This document shows positions 1 through 8,374 of a DNA stretch of 35,839 nt, in pieces. The stretch is from Deltaproteobacteria bacterium. GTDB lineage: Bacteria; Desulfobacterota; GWC2-55-46; DRQE01. The stretch covers positions 1 to 35,839 of the forward strand of contig JAGLUZ010000018.1 in the NCBI GenBank assembly GCA_023134165.1, read 5' to 3'. The notes under the pieces are model-generated. The model ran no database searches. It was not told the DNA's origin and was given only the letters and a program-made list of their open reading frames with translations. Each line of letters starts with the position of its first letter. Within the stretch, counting starts at the first letter, position 1. The position numbers and the translations under genes were made by a program.

Positions 1-1477
1 TTCCAATCTTCTGATAAGACTCAGCAACCTTGTTTACAGCCTCAATTGCTGACTGATCCATTATGCGAGATTCCTCAAAATCAATTATCACCTCATCAGG
101 GTCTTCCTCAAAATCGAATTTTGTTAAAAAAGTTGTAGTTGAACCAAAAAACAACGGCCCGTAAATCTTGTAATGTTTAATGCCCCGCTCGTCTACAGAT
201 TTTCTAGCCCTAATGCGAAGAGCATTTTGCCAAGCAAAGATAAGGGCAGAGACCATCACACCACACAAGACAGCAATTGCAAGGTCATAGAAGACCGTTA
301 CAGCCGTAACAATTATAATAACTGCCATATCCCATTTTGGGATTTTATTTATAATATAGAAGGTACTCCACGCAAAAGTCTTTATCACTACAATAAACAT
401 GACCCCAACTAGAGCCGCAATTGGTATCTGCTCAATATAGGCTGAGGTTAGAAGAATAAAGAAGAGCAAGGTTAATCCAGCTGTAATGCCAGAGAGTCGC
501 CCCCTTCCCCCAGTTGAGATATTAATCATACTCTGACCAATCATCGCGCATCCGCCCATCCCGCCAAAGAGTCCGTTTATAAAGTTTGCAATCCCCTGCG
601 CTACGCACTCTTTATTGCCGTGGCCATGCGTTTTTGTAAGCTCATCAATTAAGGTAAGCGTCATTAGTGATTCAATCAAACCAATAGCCGCTAGGATTAG
701 GGCGTAGGGTGCGATAAAACCAAGGGTCTGAAGATTAAGTGGGACACTTGGAAAAGCAAAACTTGGTAGCCCTGCCTTTATACCTTCCCCGCCCTTAGAC
801 TGTATAAATGACAGAACGGTCTGGGTATTAATCTCAGCAAAAATTACAATCAAAGAGACAACGATTATACCAACTAGGGCACCTGGAATTTTTTTATGCA
901 CCATCGGGGCAACGTAAACAAGTAGCATTGTAAGTGCGATTAATGCCAGCACAATTAAAAAAGCACTTCCCTCAAACCAAGGCCCCTCTGGCTTAATCAT
1001 ATTTATCTGTGACAAAAATATGACGATCGCAAGGCCATTTACAAACCCCATCATCACAGACCTTGGCACAAGCCTAATGAATTTTCCAAGCCTAGCGAAG
1101 CCTGCAAAACCTTGAATAAGACCAACAAGCAAGAGCGTTAATAGCAAGTACTGAAGCCCAGCCCCTGAGCCTCCAAATGCGTTACCTTCGCTCACAAGCG
1201 AGACCATGACAACGGCCATTGCCCCTGTAGCACCTGATATCATCCCAGGCCGCCCGCCAAGGACTGCCGTTATTGTGCACATCATGAAGGCTCCGTAAAG
1301 ACCAACAATTGGCGAGAGACCAGCTACAAATGCAAAGGCAACTGCTTCGGGGACAAGAGCCAAGGCAACAGTTATCCCAGAGAAGATATCGCTTTGGACA
1401 CTTCCCCCAGAGCTTTCAACAAGACCGTAGGTTTTTGTTTTTTGATTTTTTAAATCTTCGGAGTTATTTGATTCCAT
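1..1477 (-). CDS. SulP-family anion (sulfate/bicarbonate-type) permease with C-terminal STAS domain. The C-terminus runs off the left edge of the window.
   Basis: Missing from the ORF track because it has no stop inside the window. My minus-strand translation from ATG (1475-1477) gives MESNNSEDLKNQKTKTYGLVESSGGSVQSDIFSGITVALALVPEAVAFAFVAGLSPIVGLYGAF..., then many TM segments, then ...KIYGPLFFGSTTTFLTKFDFEEDPDEVIIDFEESRIMDQSAIEAV (STAS-like). It is open to position 1. Confidence 0.85.
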   Translation of the reverse strand, partial: MESNNSEDLKNQKTKTYGLVESSGGSVQSDIFSGITVALALVPEAVAFAFVAGLSPIVGLYGAFMMCTITAVLGGRPGMISGATGAMAVVMVSLVSEGNAFGGSGAGLQYLLLTLLLVGLIQGFAGFARLGKFIRLVPRSVMMGFVNGLAIVIFLSQINMIKPEGPWFEGSAFLIVLALIALTMLLVYVAPMVHKKIPGALVGIIVVSLIVIFAEINTQTVLSFIQSKGGEGIKAGLPSFAFPSVPLNLQTLGFIAPYALILAAIGLIESLMTLTLIDELTKTHGHGNKECVAQGIANFINGLFGGMGGCAMIGQSMINISTGGRGRLSGITAGLTLLFFILLTSAYIEQIPIAALVGVMFIVVIKTFAWSTFYIINKIPKWDMAVIIIVTAVTVFYDLAIAVLCGVMVSALIFAWQNALRIRARKSVDERGIKHYKIYGPLFFGSTTTFLTKFDFEEDPDEVIIDFEESRIMDQSAIEAVNKVAESYQKIG

Positions 1478-1647
1478 CTAAAATTCTTTTTCTCTTAACT
1501 GATTGCACAAAATAAAAAATCGAAGTACGCGTGAACGAGCAACCTCGAGGAGTTTTTTTAAAGAGCAATTTTTATTATTTTTTCTAAATTAGTGTTATCA
1601 GGTCTGCCTTGGTAGGTTTGAAAATCAAAACTAATTAAGTAATACAT

Positions 1648-1675
1648 AGTATACGCTATTTAAATGATAATTCAA
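1648..1675 (-). promoter_or_regulatory. Candidate sigma70-type promoter for the SulP gene (TTGAAT-16 nt-TATACT)
   Basis: On the minus strand the -35 TTGAAT is at 1670-1675 and the -10 TATACT at 1648-1653, with a 16-nt spacer. This implies a leader of roughly 165 nt before the ATG at 1477. Based on sequence pattern only. Confidence 0.35.
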
Positions 1676-1815
1676 GGGGAATTTTTCGGGCAACGTTTGA
1701 CATAAGGGTACTAGCGTACGGGGAGCGTGACGCTCCACTCAATAAAAAAACCCATAAAGGAGGTCTTTTGACTTTGACTTTTTAGTGCTGTACGCAATAC
1801 CTCTCACGCAGTGAG

Positions 1816-1891
<76 letters not shown>

Positions 1892-1985
1892 TTAGGTCTT
1901 GAAATGTGGTCTTGTGGCAAGTTCTCTATGTTAATGAATGCCGAGGCTACAGTCAAGGTTTTTATTTACTTTTTTGAAATAAAAA

Positions 1986-2636
1986 TTACTGACCAAGTGA
2001 GAAGCGGTCGTTTTTAAGAGTTGGGTTTATCACTGCTTTTAGATACTCTAGTGTGAGGGTATCTCCGTTATTCTTAATCTCAATTGTAAAGGGTATGACC
2101 AAACCCTCTATCTCTCTAAAATTACCGAGACTTAGGACGGGGCTAAATATCCCCCCCTCTCTCTTAAGCCTTACAAATCCATCTTTCTTTCCTTCTATTT
2201 TTTTCCACTCTCCCACTACCCTTCCCGTTAGAAGAGAGTAAAGTTCTCTTGAGTTTATGAAAAAACCAAGTGCGGGGTCATCCCATTTGCAGGTCTTTAG
2301 AATGCCGTCATTATAGAGAGTGCACTTTTCTGCCTCGCCTGCTATGACAAAAATTACTCTACCAAGAGGGTCAAGAACCTCTATCCTGACCTTGTCTGGG
2401 GTCTTTAGCTCGACGCGAGCCCTGCCCTTTATATTCTTACTGAGTAGCTTTACGCGTGCAACTGCCTTAAGGGTCTTTGGCGGCTCGCCAAAAAAAGGCT
2501 CAACACCGATACCTGGAAAAGAGACCTGCTTTACGCATCCACTAGAGATAAGAAGGAAAGTGACGAGGATAAATCTTTTAGCTACTTTACGGTGAAAGGT
2601 TACAGAGTTCGGAACTTTAGATTTCAAAAAAAACAT
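1986..2636 (-). CDS. Outer-membrane lipoprotein, LolB/DUF4292-like (function tentative)
   Basis: 216-aa ORF. It has a signal peptide plus lipobox (FLLISSGC). The body resembles LolB-fold lipoproteins by eye. Its ATG shares one base with the stop of the upstream TPR gene (TAATG at 2634-2638), which suggests translational coupling. Confidence 0.55.
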   Translation of the reverse strand: MFFLKSKVPNSVTFHRKVAKRFILVTFLLISSGCVKQVSFPGIGVEPFFGEPPKTLKAVARVKLLSKNIKGRARVELKTPDKVRIEVLDPLGRVIFVIAGEAEKCTLYNDGILKTCKWDDPALGFFINSRELYSLLTGRVVGEWKKIEGKKDGFVRLKREGGIFSPVLSLGNFREIEGLVIPFTIEIKNNGDTLTLEYLKAVINPTLKNDRFSLGQ

Positions 2637-4417
2637 TACTTGCCTTTAATCGTAGCATTTACGTCTTTGAGTTTTACCTTAATATCATTGTTCTCAGGGG
2701 CAAGCTTAACTGCACGCTCGTAAGCGTCTCTGGCCTTATAGATTGAACTGTTCTTTAGGTAGGCGTCACCAAGGTGCTCGACAACGACTGCGTCCTTGGG
2801 TAAGTAACCAGCCGCCCTCTCAAGCTCTTTTACTGCATTCTTAAAGTCACCTTTTTTATAATAAACCCACCCAAGGCTATCGATTATATGCCCGCTATCA
2901 GGCTCAACCACAAGTGCTCGTTTTATGTATTCTTCGGCTTCATTAAGGCTAACCCCTTTATCTGCAAGCGTATAGCCAAGATAATTAAGGGCAATAGCAT
3001 GGTCGGGTTTGACAATGATAACCCTCTGCATCTGGCTAACTGTCTCTTCAAACATATCAGCTTCATCATAGACCACACCAAGCATAAAGAGAAGTTCTGT
3101 GTTATTTGGCTCTAATTCGAGGGCTTCTTTTATCACCCCAGCTGAGGTATCATACATCTTTGCGTTTCTATAGATTGTTGCAAGAAGCCTAAGAAGCTCA
3201 ACATCCTCACCCTTTATATTTATTGCATCACGTATCTCATTTGCCGCCTCATCCACTCGACCTTGCTTCTCAAAGGTAAATGCCAGATGCACTTTTGCGT
3301 CAACAAAAGAACGATCCTCTGAGCTTATCTTGCGAAACTCCTCAACAGCCTTGTCAACCTCACCATTTTCTTGATACGAATTAGCAAGGTAATACCTGGA
3401 AAGTCCCCGCTTAGGTTCATAATCTAGAATCTCTGTAAATTCAGCAATTGCATCTTCATAACGTTTTAATTCAAAGTAGATTAGCCCAAGCCTTGTCATG
3501 GCATCTGCCCTAGCACCTTCAAATGCCTTTAGCTTTTTATAGATTAATATGGCCTCGTCCATTTGCTCTAACTGCGTGTAGAGAATACCGAGTCTGTTTA
3601 GGAGATTTATATCGCGAGGCGATGATTCAAGGGCCTTTCCGTAAGTCTCTACGGCCTTACTTATATCTTTCTGAAGCTCATAAACCTCAGCAAGCTCTAT
3701 CCATGCAGAGACAAATGTTGGCCTAAGTTCAAGAGCCTTTTGGTAATGACCCTCTGCCTCTTCAAGACGCCCAAGCTCCATACTTATACGCCCTAAATAG
3801 TAGAGCCCCATTAGGGATTCTGGCTGCTGGGCAAGAAGCTCTTTAAAGACAGTGGCTGATTTTTCAAGCTCTCCGTTATCAGCATAAATTGAGCCAAGCT
3901 GAAGATATGGTTGAGCGTTCTCAGGGTCAAGTTCCTTGGCACTCATAAAGACATTTATGGCATCAGTTGGTTTTTTTAGTATTATATATAATTCACCGAG
4001 CATGATGAGGGCTGGAACGTAGCGAGGGTCAACCTCACGAGCCTTCTCAAGGAGGTCAAGGGCAAGAACTGTATTGCCGGTTCTAACGTAGAGATGCGCA
4101 AGCTCAGAGTAAAGAATAGCCGAGCTTGGGTCAACATCAATTGCCTTTTTATAGTAATTCATTGCACCAAGGAGGTCGCCCTTGTCCTTTAGCCTCTGTG
4201 CCATGGTAAAGTAATAAAATCCGTCTGCTTCTTTAACCTTTCTAACCCTGACCTTTGGACGAGCCTTGCCATCAACGCCCTTGGAGAGCAGGTTTGGCCC
4301 AATTGTATGAGTCGTCCTTAAGGCAACCCTATCGCTTGTACAAGACAGAGTCGAGACCACGAGCAAGAGAGAGAGGGCAAAATAGAGCGGAGTTTTTTTA
4401 ATTGTTTTATTAGTCAT
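2636..4417 (-). CDS. Tetratricopeptide-repeat (TPR) lipoprotein
   Basis: 593-aa ORF. N-terminal signal with lipobox-like VVSTLSC. Many 34-aa TPR units follow, for example AMNYYKKAIDVDPSSAILYSELAHLY and AVKELERAAGYLPKDAVVVEHLGDAYL. Confidence 0.85.
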   Translation of the reverse strand: MTNKTIKKTPLYFALSLLLVVSTLSCTSDRVALRTTHTIGPNLLSKGVDGKARPKVRVRKVKEADGFYYFTMAQRLKDKGDLLGAMNYYKKAIDVDPSSAILYSELAHLYVRTGNTVLALDLLEKAREVDPRYVPALIMLGELYIILKKPTDAINVFMSAKELDPENAQPYLQLGSIYADNGELEKSATVFKELLAQQPESLMGLYYLGRISMELGRLEEAEGHYQKALELRPTFVSAWIELAEVYELQKDISKAVETYGKALESSPRDINLLNRLGILYTQLEQMDEAILIYKKLKAFEGARADAMTRLGLIYFELKRYEDAIAEFTEILDYEPKRGLSRYYLANSYQENGEVDKAVEEFRKISSEDRSFVDAKVHLAFTFEKQGRVDEAANEIRDAINIKGEDVELLRLLATIYRNAKMYDTSAGVIKEALELEPNNTELLFMLGVVYDEADMFEETVSQMQRVIIVKPDHAIALNYLGYTLADKGVSLNEAEEYIKRALVVEPDSGHIIDSLGWVYYKKGDFKNAVKELERAAGYLPKDAVVVEHLGDAYLKNSSIYKARDAYERAVKLAPENNDIKVKLKDVNATIKGK

Positions 4418-4603
4418 AATTAAGTTTTTTAAAGATCCTCTCCGTAAAAATAAGAGAGCCTAGGCTTTAAAGCAACGACCAAAGAGTACTCCTAAGCGTC
4501 AAAGGGTAGTAAAAAATTCTCACAAATCAGAAGCAATAAAAAGCCATAATAACCAATTTATCAAAGACACCTTGGTTGTTTGTAGCTACCTTGATTATAT
4601 TAA

Positions 4604-4632
4604 ATTATAGCACTTTTAAATTAAAGAATCAA
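4604..4632 (-). promoter_or_regulatory. Candidate sigma70-type promoter for the TPR/LolB-like operon (TTGATT-17 nt-TATAAT)
   Basis: On the minus strand the -35 TTGATT is at 4627-4632 (inside direct repeat R1) and the -10 TATAAT at 4604-4609, with an exact 17-nt spacer. The start codon at 4417 lies about 180 nt downstream. Confidence 0.45.
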
Positions 4633-4685
4633 TTATAGGGGATTAAAGAATTAACTATAGGTATTAAGGAATCCGTATTAGGGGA
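4621..4685. repeat. Three contiguous imperfect direct repeats of 21-22 bp
   Basis: R1 4621-4642 TTAAAGAATCAATTATAGGGGA. R2 4643-4663 TTAAAGAATTAACTATAGGTA. R3 4664-4685 TTAAGGAATCCGTATTAGGGGA. TTAWAG-like hexamers start at 4621, 4633, 4643, 4655, 4664 and 4676, giving spacings of 9-12 bp. Confidence 0.8.
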
Positions 4686-4695
4686 TGAGGAGGTA

Positions 4696-4971
4696 TTAAC
4701 TCTTACTTGCTGAAGAGGCCATGATACGCTTGCGTATCTCAGGCAGGAGTTCTACTGTCTCTAAATCCATGGCACTTAGGAGGGTTGCTATTAGATCAAC
4801 TTTCTCTGCGGTAGGAAGTCGTTTGTGGACAAGTATGTGTTTCTCACCGTGCAGGAGGTAGGTTCCACCAGGTGTATTTACAACCCCCTTTCTAAGGTCG
4901 TCGTACTCTAACTTTACTGAGAGTTTCTCTGTAACCTCCTCTAGAAGGCCAAGCATCTGCGTATCTGTCAT
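4696..4971 (-). CDS. Hypothetical 91-aa protein (no recognisable domain)
   Basis: The ORF has an ATG start and lies divergent from trxA. There is no Shine-Dalgarno, but promoter hexamers sit just upstream. Composition looks like coding sequence, but I cannot confirm conservation. Confidence 0.5.
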   Translation of the reverse strand: MTDTQMLGLLEEVTEKLSVKLEYDDLRKGVVNTPGGTYLLHGEKHILVHKRLPTAEKVDLIATLLSAMDLETVELLPEIRKRIMASSASKS

Positions 4972-4981
4972 AGCACTTATT

Positions 4982-5008
4982 ATTATACCTGCTAGCGTAC
5001 CGTGTCAA
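4982..5008 (-). promoter_or_regulatory. Candidate promoter for the 91-aa ORF (TTGACA-15 nt-TATAAT), with the -10 only 10 nt from the ATG
   Basis: On the minus strand TTGACA is at 5003-5008 and TATAAT at 4982-4987. The spacer is 15 nt, which is short. The sequence between the -10 and the ATG (4969-4971) is AATAAGTGCT with no SD, which implies a near-leaderless mRNA. Confidence 0.35.
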
Positions 5009-5068
5009 GGTAAATCTTTTTGCCAGTACTCCAAACACCTCACTCCCTACGGTTAAAAGCCAAAGGGG

Positions 5069-5097
5069 TTGACATAACCTAAAGGCTGTTCTATTAT
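5069..5097 (+). promoter_or_regulatory. Candidate sigma70-type promoter for trxA (TTGACA-17 nt-TATTAT)
   Basis: TTGACA is at 5069-5074 and TATTAT at 5092-5097, with a 17-nt spacer. A GGAGG Shine-Dalgarno at about 5128-5132 precedes the ATG at 5144. Confidence 0.55.
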
Positions 5098-5143
5098 TTA
5101 TTAAATAGTAAGTAACTAGCCACACGATGGAGGAATACAAACA

Positions 5144-5470
5144 ATGTCTGAGAAATTAACTGATATCATAGATTCGAAGTTTGAGGCTGACGTCCTTAAC
5201 TCTGAGCTTCCAGTACTCGTAGATTTTTGGGCCTCATGGTGTGCACCCTGCAAGGCTATAGCCCCTACAATAGAGGCCATGGCTGAGGAATTTGACGGAA
5301 AACTAAAGGTCTTTAAGATGAATGTAGATGAGAACCCCTCAACTCCAGGTAAGTACGGCGTAAGAGGGATTCCAACACTCATACTCTTTAAGGGCGGTGA
5401 GATTGTTGACCAGCTCGTCGGTGCTGTACCAAAGGATCAGATAAAGGGTCTTATAGAAAAAGGCATCTAG
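5144..5470 (+). CDS. trxA: Thioredoxin
   Basis: 108 aa with the WCAPC active site (FWASWCAPCKAIAP) and a typical thioredoxin C-terminal half (GIPTLILFKGGE). Confidence 0.95.
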   Translation: MSEKLTDIIDSKFEADVLNSELPVLVDFWASWCAPCKAIAPTIEAMAEEFDGKLKVFKMNVDENPSTPGKYGVRGIPTLILFKGGEIVDQLVGAVPKDQIKGLIEKGI

Positions 5471-5483
5471 GCCTTTTTCTATA
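5452..5483. terminator. Perfect 13-bp inverted repeat enclosing the trxA stop codon; possible weak or bidirectional terminator
   Basis: TATAGAAAAAGGC (5452-5464), loop ATCTAG, then GCCTTTTTCTATA (5471-5483). The GC core is only 3 bp, flanked by A/T tracts, so terminator strength is uncertain. Confidence 0.4.
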
Positions 5484-5546
5484 CTCTAAATATCTTAACT
5501 GAGTTTTGTCACACCTCAAAACCTTAATCTATGCTGACCTAAACAT

Positions 5547-6182
5547 ATGACTATAACAAAAAACAAATTTATGCAAAACTCTCGTAAAAAAGCAGCTTAC
5601 CTCACTGCCCTCTGCCTTGCCTTACTCCTCTTTTTGCCAAGTTGTGGCAAAGAAGACTCTGCGGAGCAAGAGAGTACAAAAAAAGAAGTCGAGACAAAGC
5701 CTAGAGTTAAACCAGTTAGCCTTCTAAGAACCAATACACCTGCACCTGCATTTAAACTTGTCTCATTTAAAGGCAAGACCCTAAGCCTTGGTAAATATAA
5801 GGGAAAGGTAATTGTTCTTAATTTTTGGGCATCATGGTGTGGTCCCTGCAAGGCTGAGGCAAAGATACTAGAAGAGACGTTTCTTGAATACTCGGATAAG
5901 GGTGTTAGGTTTATCGGTATCGCAACAAGTGATACAAAAGAAAATGCAAAGAATTTTGTTAAGCAATTTGGTGTAACCTACCCAAATGGCCTTGATAAAG
6001 ATCTCTCCGTTAGCAAGGCCTACGACGTCTTTGGCATACCAGTAACTGTCATCATAGGCAAAGAAGGTAGCATAGTCCTCAACAATATCGGCATTATCAC
6101 CAAGGAGACTCTATCTAAAGAGATTGAAAAAGCTCTCTCTTCAAACAAAGAAGCACCGGCAACTAAGAAAGACAAGGAATAA
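5547..6182 (+). CDS. TlpA/ResA-family periplasmic thiol-disulfide oxidoreductase (redoxin), lipoprotein
   Basis: 211 aa. Signal peptide plus lipobox (LLFLPSCG). Thioredoxin-fold active site FWASWCGPCKAE. A Met at residue 9 is an alternative start. Confidence 0.85.
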   Translation: MTITKNKFMQNSRKKAAYLTALCLALLLFLPSCGKEDSAEQESTKKEVETKPRVKPVSLLRTNTPAPAFKLVSFKGKTLSLGKYKGKVIVLNFWASWCGPCKAEAKILEETFLEYSDKGVRFIGIATSDTKENAKNFVKQFGVTYPNGLDKDLSVSKAYDVFGIPVTVIIGKEGSIVLNNIGIITKETLSKEIEKALSSNKEAPATKKDKE

Positions 6183-6472
6183 ACCTACACCTCAGACCTA
6201 AAACCTACCCTAAGGGATGATTTTTTTACTTTTTTTCCAGACTTACTACCCTTTCTTTTACTATTTACGCAATGTTTTTTTAGCACAAAAATACAATCTT
6301 AATAAAAACAAAGACTTACACAAGTTACACTATGGCCTGCATTTTGCATAAACTGTAAAGTGTAAGAGAAAATAAACCGTTTTAAAGTAAGGAGCTTCCT
6401 CACTAGAGGGTTTCTTTTCTTTAGAGCAATAAATTTTAAAAAAAGCAATCGAAACCTAAGGAGGCAACTACT

Positions 6473-6919
6473 ATGAAGATTAAGAATCTTTTCATTACAA
6501 TCGCGGCAATTGCAACATTTGGTATGATTTTCACCCCGTCAAGTGCAGAGGCTCTAAGTACCACAAGTTCTGATATAGGTATATCTTCAGAATTCATCCA
6601 ACTAGCAGAGGTAAGGGTCGCTACAGAACGTACAAGAAGACCTGGTCGTACAGTAGTAACCATCTCGTCAATCATTTTAGATATAAATAGATACGCATCA
6701 ACTGGTGCAATAACCAATAAAGGCCTTGCAAAGAGCCTTGTTCAAAAACTACAACATGCCCAAAGAAGCCTTGATAAAAATAAAAAGCCGGTAGCTAAAA
6801 ACCAGCTTGAGGCCGTAATAAAAGAGCTTAAAGCTCAAAGTGGCAAGCAAGTAAGTGCAAGTGCGGCAACTGTACTCGTAAGTAAGGTTACTACATTTAT
6901 CGCAAGAATTTTTAGATAA
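6473..6919 (+). CDS. Secreted hypothetical protein (148 aa) with helical C-terminal module
   Basis: A strong SD (AAGGAGG) lies 7 nt upstream of the ATG. Signal peptide MKIKNLFITIAAIATFGMIFTPSSAEA. A good intrinsic terminator follows. Confidence 0.6.
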   Translation: MKIKNLFITIAAIATFGMIFTPSSAEALSTTSSDIGISSEFIQLAEVRVATERTRRPGRTVVTISSIILDINRYASTGAITNKGLAKSLVQKLQHAQRSLDKNKKPVAKNQLEAVIKELKAQSGKQVSASAATVLVSKVTTFIARIFR

Positions 6920-6953
6920 ATTCTGATATAAATAAAGCTACCCAAGAACTCCA

Positions 6954-6983
6954 CCTTCCTGCCTTTGGCAGGGAGGTTTTTTT
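6954..6983 (+). terminator. Rho-independent terminator after the 148-aa gene
   Basis: A 10-bp stem CCTTCCTGCC (6954-6963) / GGCAGGGAGG (6967-6976) with one G-U pair and loop TTT, followed by T7 (6977-6983). Confidence 0.7.
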
Positions 6984-7132
6984 ATAATTATTTTCATAAA
7001 AAACCCCTAATCCGTTGCATACAGGTATTGCTGATGTTAAGATTAAGCATGCGTAAAAGGCCTGAAAATTATAAATTAAATTTGTTAACTTGCCATACCG
7101 CACCCTACAAAATCCAAGGAGAATAGCCTACA

Positions 7133-7792
7133 ATGAAGATTGCCCCGTCCATACTTTCAGCTGACTTCACCTGCCTTAAAGATGAACTTCAAGCCGTTGA
7201 AGAGGCAAAGGCCGACTACATTCACATTGATGTAATGGACGGACACTTTGTTCCAAATATCACAATTGGGCCGTTCATTGTAGAGGCCGTGCGAAGAGCA
7301 AGTACACTTCCCCTGGACGTACACCTCATGATAGAAAAACCTGAGAACTTTATTGATGATTTTGCAAAGGCTGGAAGCGATATAATCACCGTACATTTGG
7401 AGACCTCAAAACACCTGCACAGAACAATACAACAGATAAAGGAACTTGGCGTTAGGGCTGGGGTCTCAATAAACCCATCAACACCGGCCGAGGCCTTAGA
7501 AGAGGTCATAGAAGAGGCCGACCTAATACTTGTCATGAGCGTTAACCCTGGTTTTGGTGGACAATCTTTTATCCCAGCCTCACTTAAAAAAATAAAAAAA
7601 ATTAGAAAGATGTTAAGTGCCTGCCACTCAAAAGCAGAGCTAGAGGTTGACGGCGGAATAAAGCCCTCAAATATAGGAGAGGTTGCAAGGGCTGGGGCTG
7701 ACGTCTTTGTCGCAGGCTCAGCTGTCTTTGGAAGCGACGATTACAAAAGAACCATCAAGACAATGAAGGAAGAGATAGGGGTTACAGAGTAG
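7133..7792 (+). CDS. rpe: Ribulose-phosphate 3-epimerase
   Basis: 219 aa with the motifs SILSADF, HIDVMDGHFVPNIT and MSVNPGFGGQSF. An SD AAGGAG lies upstream. Confidence 0.95.
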   Translation: MKIAPSILSADFTCLKDELQAVEEAKADYIHIDVMDGHFVPNITIGPFIVEAVRRASTLPLDVHLMIEKPENFIDDFAKAGSDIITVHLETSKHLHRTIQQIKELGVRAGVSINPSTPAEALEEVIEEADLILVMSVNPGFGGQSFIPASLKKIKKIRKMLSACHSKAELEVDGGIKPSNIGEVARAGADVFVAGSAVFGSDDYKRTIKTMKEEIGVTE

Positions 7793-7852
7793 CAAGGTTT
7801 ATTTAAGTACAATTTTCAAGAACATAGAAAAAACAATAAGGACTTAAAAAAA

Positions 7853-8302
7853 ATGTACCTATATCTCGTACGACACGGCGAGGCCGAGGGTGGTCTTGAT
7901 GATTTCAAAAGGCGACTTACACCGAGAGGTGTTGAGGACGTAAAAAAAATTGGGCTTGAGTTAAAGGCTCGAAAAATTTACCCTACAAGAATTTTTCACA
8001 GCCCAAAAAAACGTGCCATCATGACCGCTGAGATTATAGCTTCAACCATTGGCACCGAGATTACAGTAGAAGAGACCGACGGGTTACGCCCAAGTAATGC
8101 TCCAGAAATCTGGGAAGAACGCTTAAGAGAGACCCGCTCCGATATCATGCTTGTTGGTCATATGCCACATATGCCCGCTCTCGCCTCACTGCTCCTAACA
8201 GGGGATGAGGATGAGGCTCTAATTGAGTTTAGAACCGCAACGGTTCTTTGCCTAAGAAAAGACGGCGAAGAGTACTTTGAAGAATGGAAAATCTCTCCTT
8301 AA
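7853..8302 (+). CDS. sixA: Phosphohistidine phosphatase SixA-type (histidine phosphatase superfamily)
   Basis: 149 aa. N-terminal LYLVRHGEA (RHG catalytic motif), a second His in MLVGHMPH, and a size typical of SixA. Confidence 0.75.
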   Translation: MYLYLVRHGEAEGGLDDFKRRLTPRGVEDVKKIGLELKARKIYPTRIFHSPKKRAIMTAEIIASTIGTEITVEETDGLRPSNAPEIWEERLRETRSDIMLVGHMPHMPALASLLLTGDEDEALIEFRTATVLCLRKDGEEYFEEWKISP

Positions 8303-8374
8303 TCCTAGCCCCTTGATTTTTTCTCTACTCGTTTTACTCTCCCTTACAAAGACGTGACTTTTTTAAAATTTTTT

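Noticed and set aside
1744-1764. Possible terminator downstream of tRNA-Phe (weak ACCT/GGGT stem followed by U7 on the minus strand), with the nearby GGAGCG-TGA-CGCTCC hairpin at about 1722-1736.
   Set aside because: The stem before the U-tract is only about 4 bp including a G-U pair, and the stronger hairpin has no U-tract. This is too weak to call as a feature.
4621-4685. Whether the tandem repeats could be a minimal CRISPR array.
   Set aside because: The repeats are contiguous with no spacers, only 21-22 bp long, imperfect, and have no cas genes nearby. They fit better as regulatory direct repeats.
6912-7103. 63-aa minus-strand ORF in the gap between the 148-aa gene and rpe.
   Set aside because: It runs through the terminator hairpin at 6954-6983, has no SD and has an odd composition. 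It is most likely non-coding.
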